Below are positions 62,342 through 64,000 of a stretch of 64,000 nt of DNA, in pieces. Every line of letters begins with the position of its first letter. The stretch's first letter is position 1. The stretch is from a virus. The stretch lies in IMG/VR virus record IMGVR_UViG_3300024999_000057, positions 1-64,000 of that record; one strand, 5' to 3'. A program made the position numbers and the translations under genes. The notes beneath the pieces were generated by a model. That model did not search any database and had not been told where the DNA came from. It saw only the letters and a list, made by a program, of their open reading frames with translations.

Positions 62342-64000
62342 CTAGAAGTTGATTTTGAGGGTGCGAGTGAAGCTACCCTTGACTCTGCAAAGTACGCTGC
62401 TGCGCTGCGTTGAGGAGAACCCGATGCCACTGAGTTGGTTCTCGGATTCCTCGACCTTCATCTTGGAACCGACGACCTCGAAGACCTTCCGGTGCGCGTT
62501 CAATTCCTCGTTCAGGAACTCGTTGTAGAAGCCCCTGGCCTTGCCCTCGTTCACACACTGGTCGAGCATGAAGAAGAAGTGCTTGTTGCCTACGCCGTGC
62601 CCGTCCCAGTGGTTCGGGGAGTGCATCAGGACGTTGACCTTGTGAAAGGTCTGTGTCGGGAGGCCCCAGACGACTTTCGAGGTCTGCGAAGAAGGCAACG
62701 ACTTGATGATCTCGAAGCCGTCCTTGTGGCTGTACTTGATCTGGGCGACCTCAACGTATTCGCCTGAGCGCATCGCCTTGGGGTAGACGAAGTTGTGGGT
62801 GGTTCCGCCGAACTCGATCTCCACCTCGAACCCAACGTCGCTGCTATTTCTCGACTGGTACTGGTTGACCTGCAGCGTGTAACCGCCCTCGCGCATCCGG
62901 CGCTTGTCGGCGTAGTAGATGTTCTCAGCAGGATCGGTCCTCATCCCGTCTGCACCGTTTGCGTCCAGGTCGAGGCGCCCACCGTTCGGAGATAGCTTGC
63001 GACGATTCGAGTAGTAGATTCTCTGCCCGTTGGGCTCAACCATGTGGAAATCGAGGTCGTCGGTGTTGTTCCACGCCAGCCTGCAGCAGAGAGCCCCATC
63101 GACCTTCCCACCAGCCTTCTTGACGCGCTCCTTGATCGAGTCCGCCACATCCCCTGTGTACGACCACGAGAAGTTGTTCGGCCACTTGAACATGCCCTTG
63201 GCATCTGCTTCGATGGGTGCGATCAGGCTGACCATGTTCCCGGCGTGCTTGTTCTCAAGCAGGATCTCCAGTGACTCCACCTTCGGTAGAACATTGGAGA
63301 TGAATTCTGTGATCCCGATTTCTTCAACTCGGTCGAAACTTTTCATGTTCTCGGGAACCGCACTAGCCAGTTCCTCGAAGACGTTCATCCGCTGCTTGGA
63401 TTCACGGTTCGCGAACAGGATGTTGTTCACGGTGATGTCCTCGGTGACCGCGTACCTGCGTTGGAGGGCAGAGGTTAACCCGAGTTCCTCGATTGTCCTC
63501 TGTGCCTTCTCGATCATGCCTTTGGTGATCAGAGCAGTTGGGCGCTTGTAGTTGCTGGGCGCCACCTTTGCCTCGAACGAACCCACAGACGGCTCCAAGT
63601 CCTTGCCTTCGGAGAGGTCCACCAGCAAAGTCCCGATGACCGTGCCACGAATCTTGGAGACGGACTGCGGAACGCTCTTCAGCTTTGACCAGCAGAAGAT
63701 GTCGTGCTGCGAAGACGGAAGCTTGGAGAATTCCTTCTTCAGCTTCAAGAAGCTCTCCACAGCGAACTTGTGCTCCTCGCCACGGTACAGCGAATTCTGA
63801 GCGATCAACTCCAGTACCGTGTCGATGGAATCCATCGATATTTCCTTGAGGCTCCTCAGGAAAACGTCCTTGGTGCTCCTGGACTCGGACAGTCTGGAGC
63901 CGATGTCGAGCCCTTTGACCACTCGGTCGGTCGGGACCTTGATGTAGAAGTGTTCCCAGGTAAGCATTTCTCCCGAATCTGCCTGCTGGAAATTTTTGTC
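62342..64000 (-). CDS. Large phage protein with YfaP/DUF2135-like domain; 5' end outside window
   Basis: LAWNNTDDLDFH..LDLD.N..ENIYY..GGYTLQVNQY; frame open to window edge. Confidence 0.75.
   Translation of the reverse strand, partial: DKNFQQADSGEMLTWEHFYIKVPTDRVVKGLDIGSRLSESRSTKDVFLRSLKEISMDSIDTVLELIAQNSLYRGEEHKFAVESFLKLKKEFSKLPSSQHDIFCWSKLKSVPQSVSKIRGTVIGTLLVDLSEGKDLEPSVGSFEAKVAPSNYKRPTALITKGMIEKAQRTIEELGLTSALQRRYAVTEDITVNNILFANRESKQRMNVFEELASAVPENMKSFDRVEEIGITEFISNVLPKVESLEILLENKHAGNMVSLIAPIEADAKGMFKWPNNFSWSYTGDVADSIKERVKKAGGKVDGALCCRLAWNNTDDLDFHMVEPNGQRIYYSNRRKLSPNGGRLDLDANGADGMRTDPAENIYYADKRRMREGGYTLQVNQYQSRNSSDVGFEVEIEFGGTTHNFVYPKAMRSGEYVEVAQIKYSHKDGFEIIKSLPSSQTSKVVWGLPTQTFHKVNVLMHSPNHWDGHGVGNKHFFFMLDQCVNEGKARGFYNEFLNEELNAHRKVFEVVGSKMKVEESENQLSGIGFSSTQRSSVLCRVKGSFTRTLKINF

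Overview
This window is most of a temperate, long-tailed dsDNA phage (siphovirus) genome in its unintegrated form, since attP is intact with phage genes on both sides. The gene set is T5-like/lambda-like, and class III ribonucleotide reductase points to an anaerobic host. Lipoproteins and spanin-like genes suggest the host is Gram-negative; no host is proven. Layout: repeat-rich left end and rightward small early genes (1-6.9 kb); tyrosine integrase, attP, excisionase and three small Cys-rich genes reading leftward from a divergent promoter pair (6.9-9.8 kb); rightward packaging, head, tail, fibre and lysis operon (9.8-46.0 kb); leftward nucleotide-metabolism and recombination arm (46.1-64 kb). 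Main observations: (1) a near-palindromic 14-bp element ATTCAGATGTGAAT with about 19 copies (8 exact), placed inside promoter spacers, before RBSs, between stop codons and terminators, and on the att core, suggesting a genome-wide operator/roadblock network with no recognisable cognate repressor in the window; (2) an attP carrying the 5' half, not the usual 3' half, of tRNA-Gln(CTG); (3) a candidate phage late promoter AATTGATAC-N18/19-CCTATA; (4) an HNH gene inserted in the prohead protease start with a recoded duplicate N-terminus; (5) a lysis cassette containing a class 3 lipase; (6) apparently catalytically dead ligase-like and prohead-protease-like proteins; (7) a tRNA-like shell interrupted by an integron-cassette-like gene. 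All product calls come from motif recognition by eye, with no database searches.
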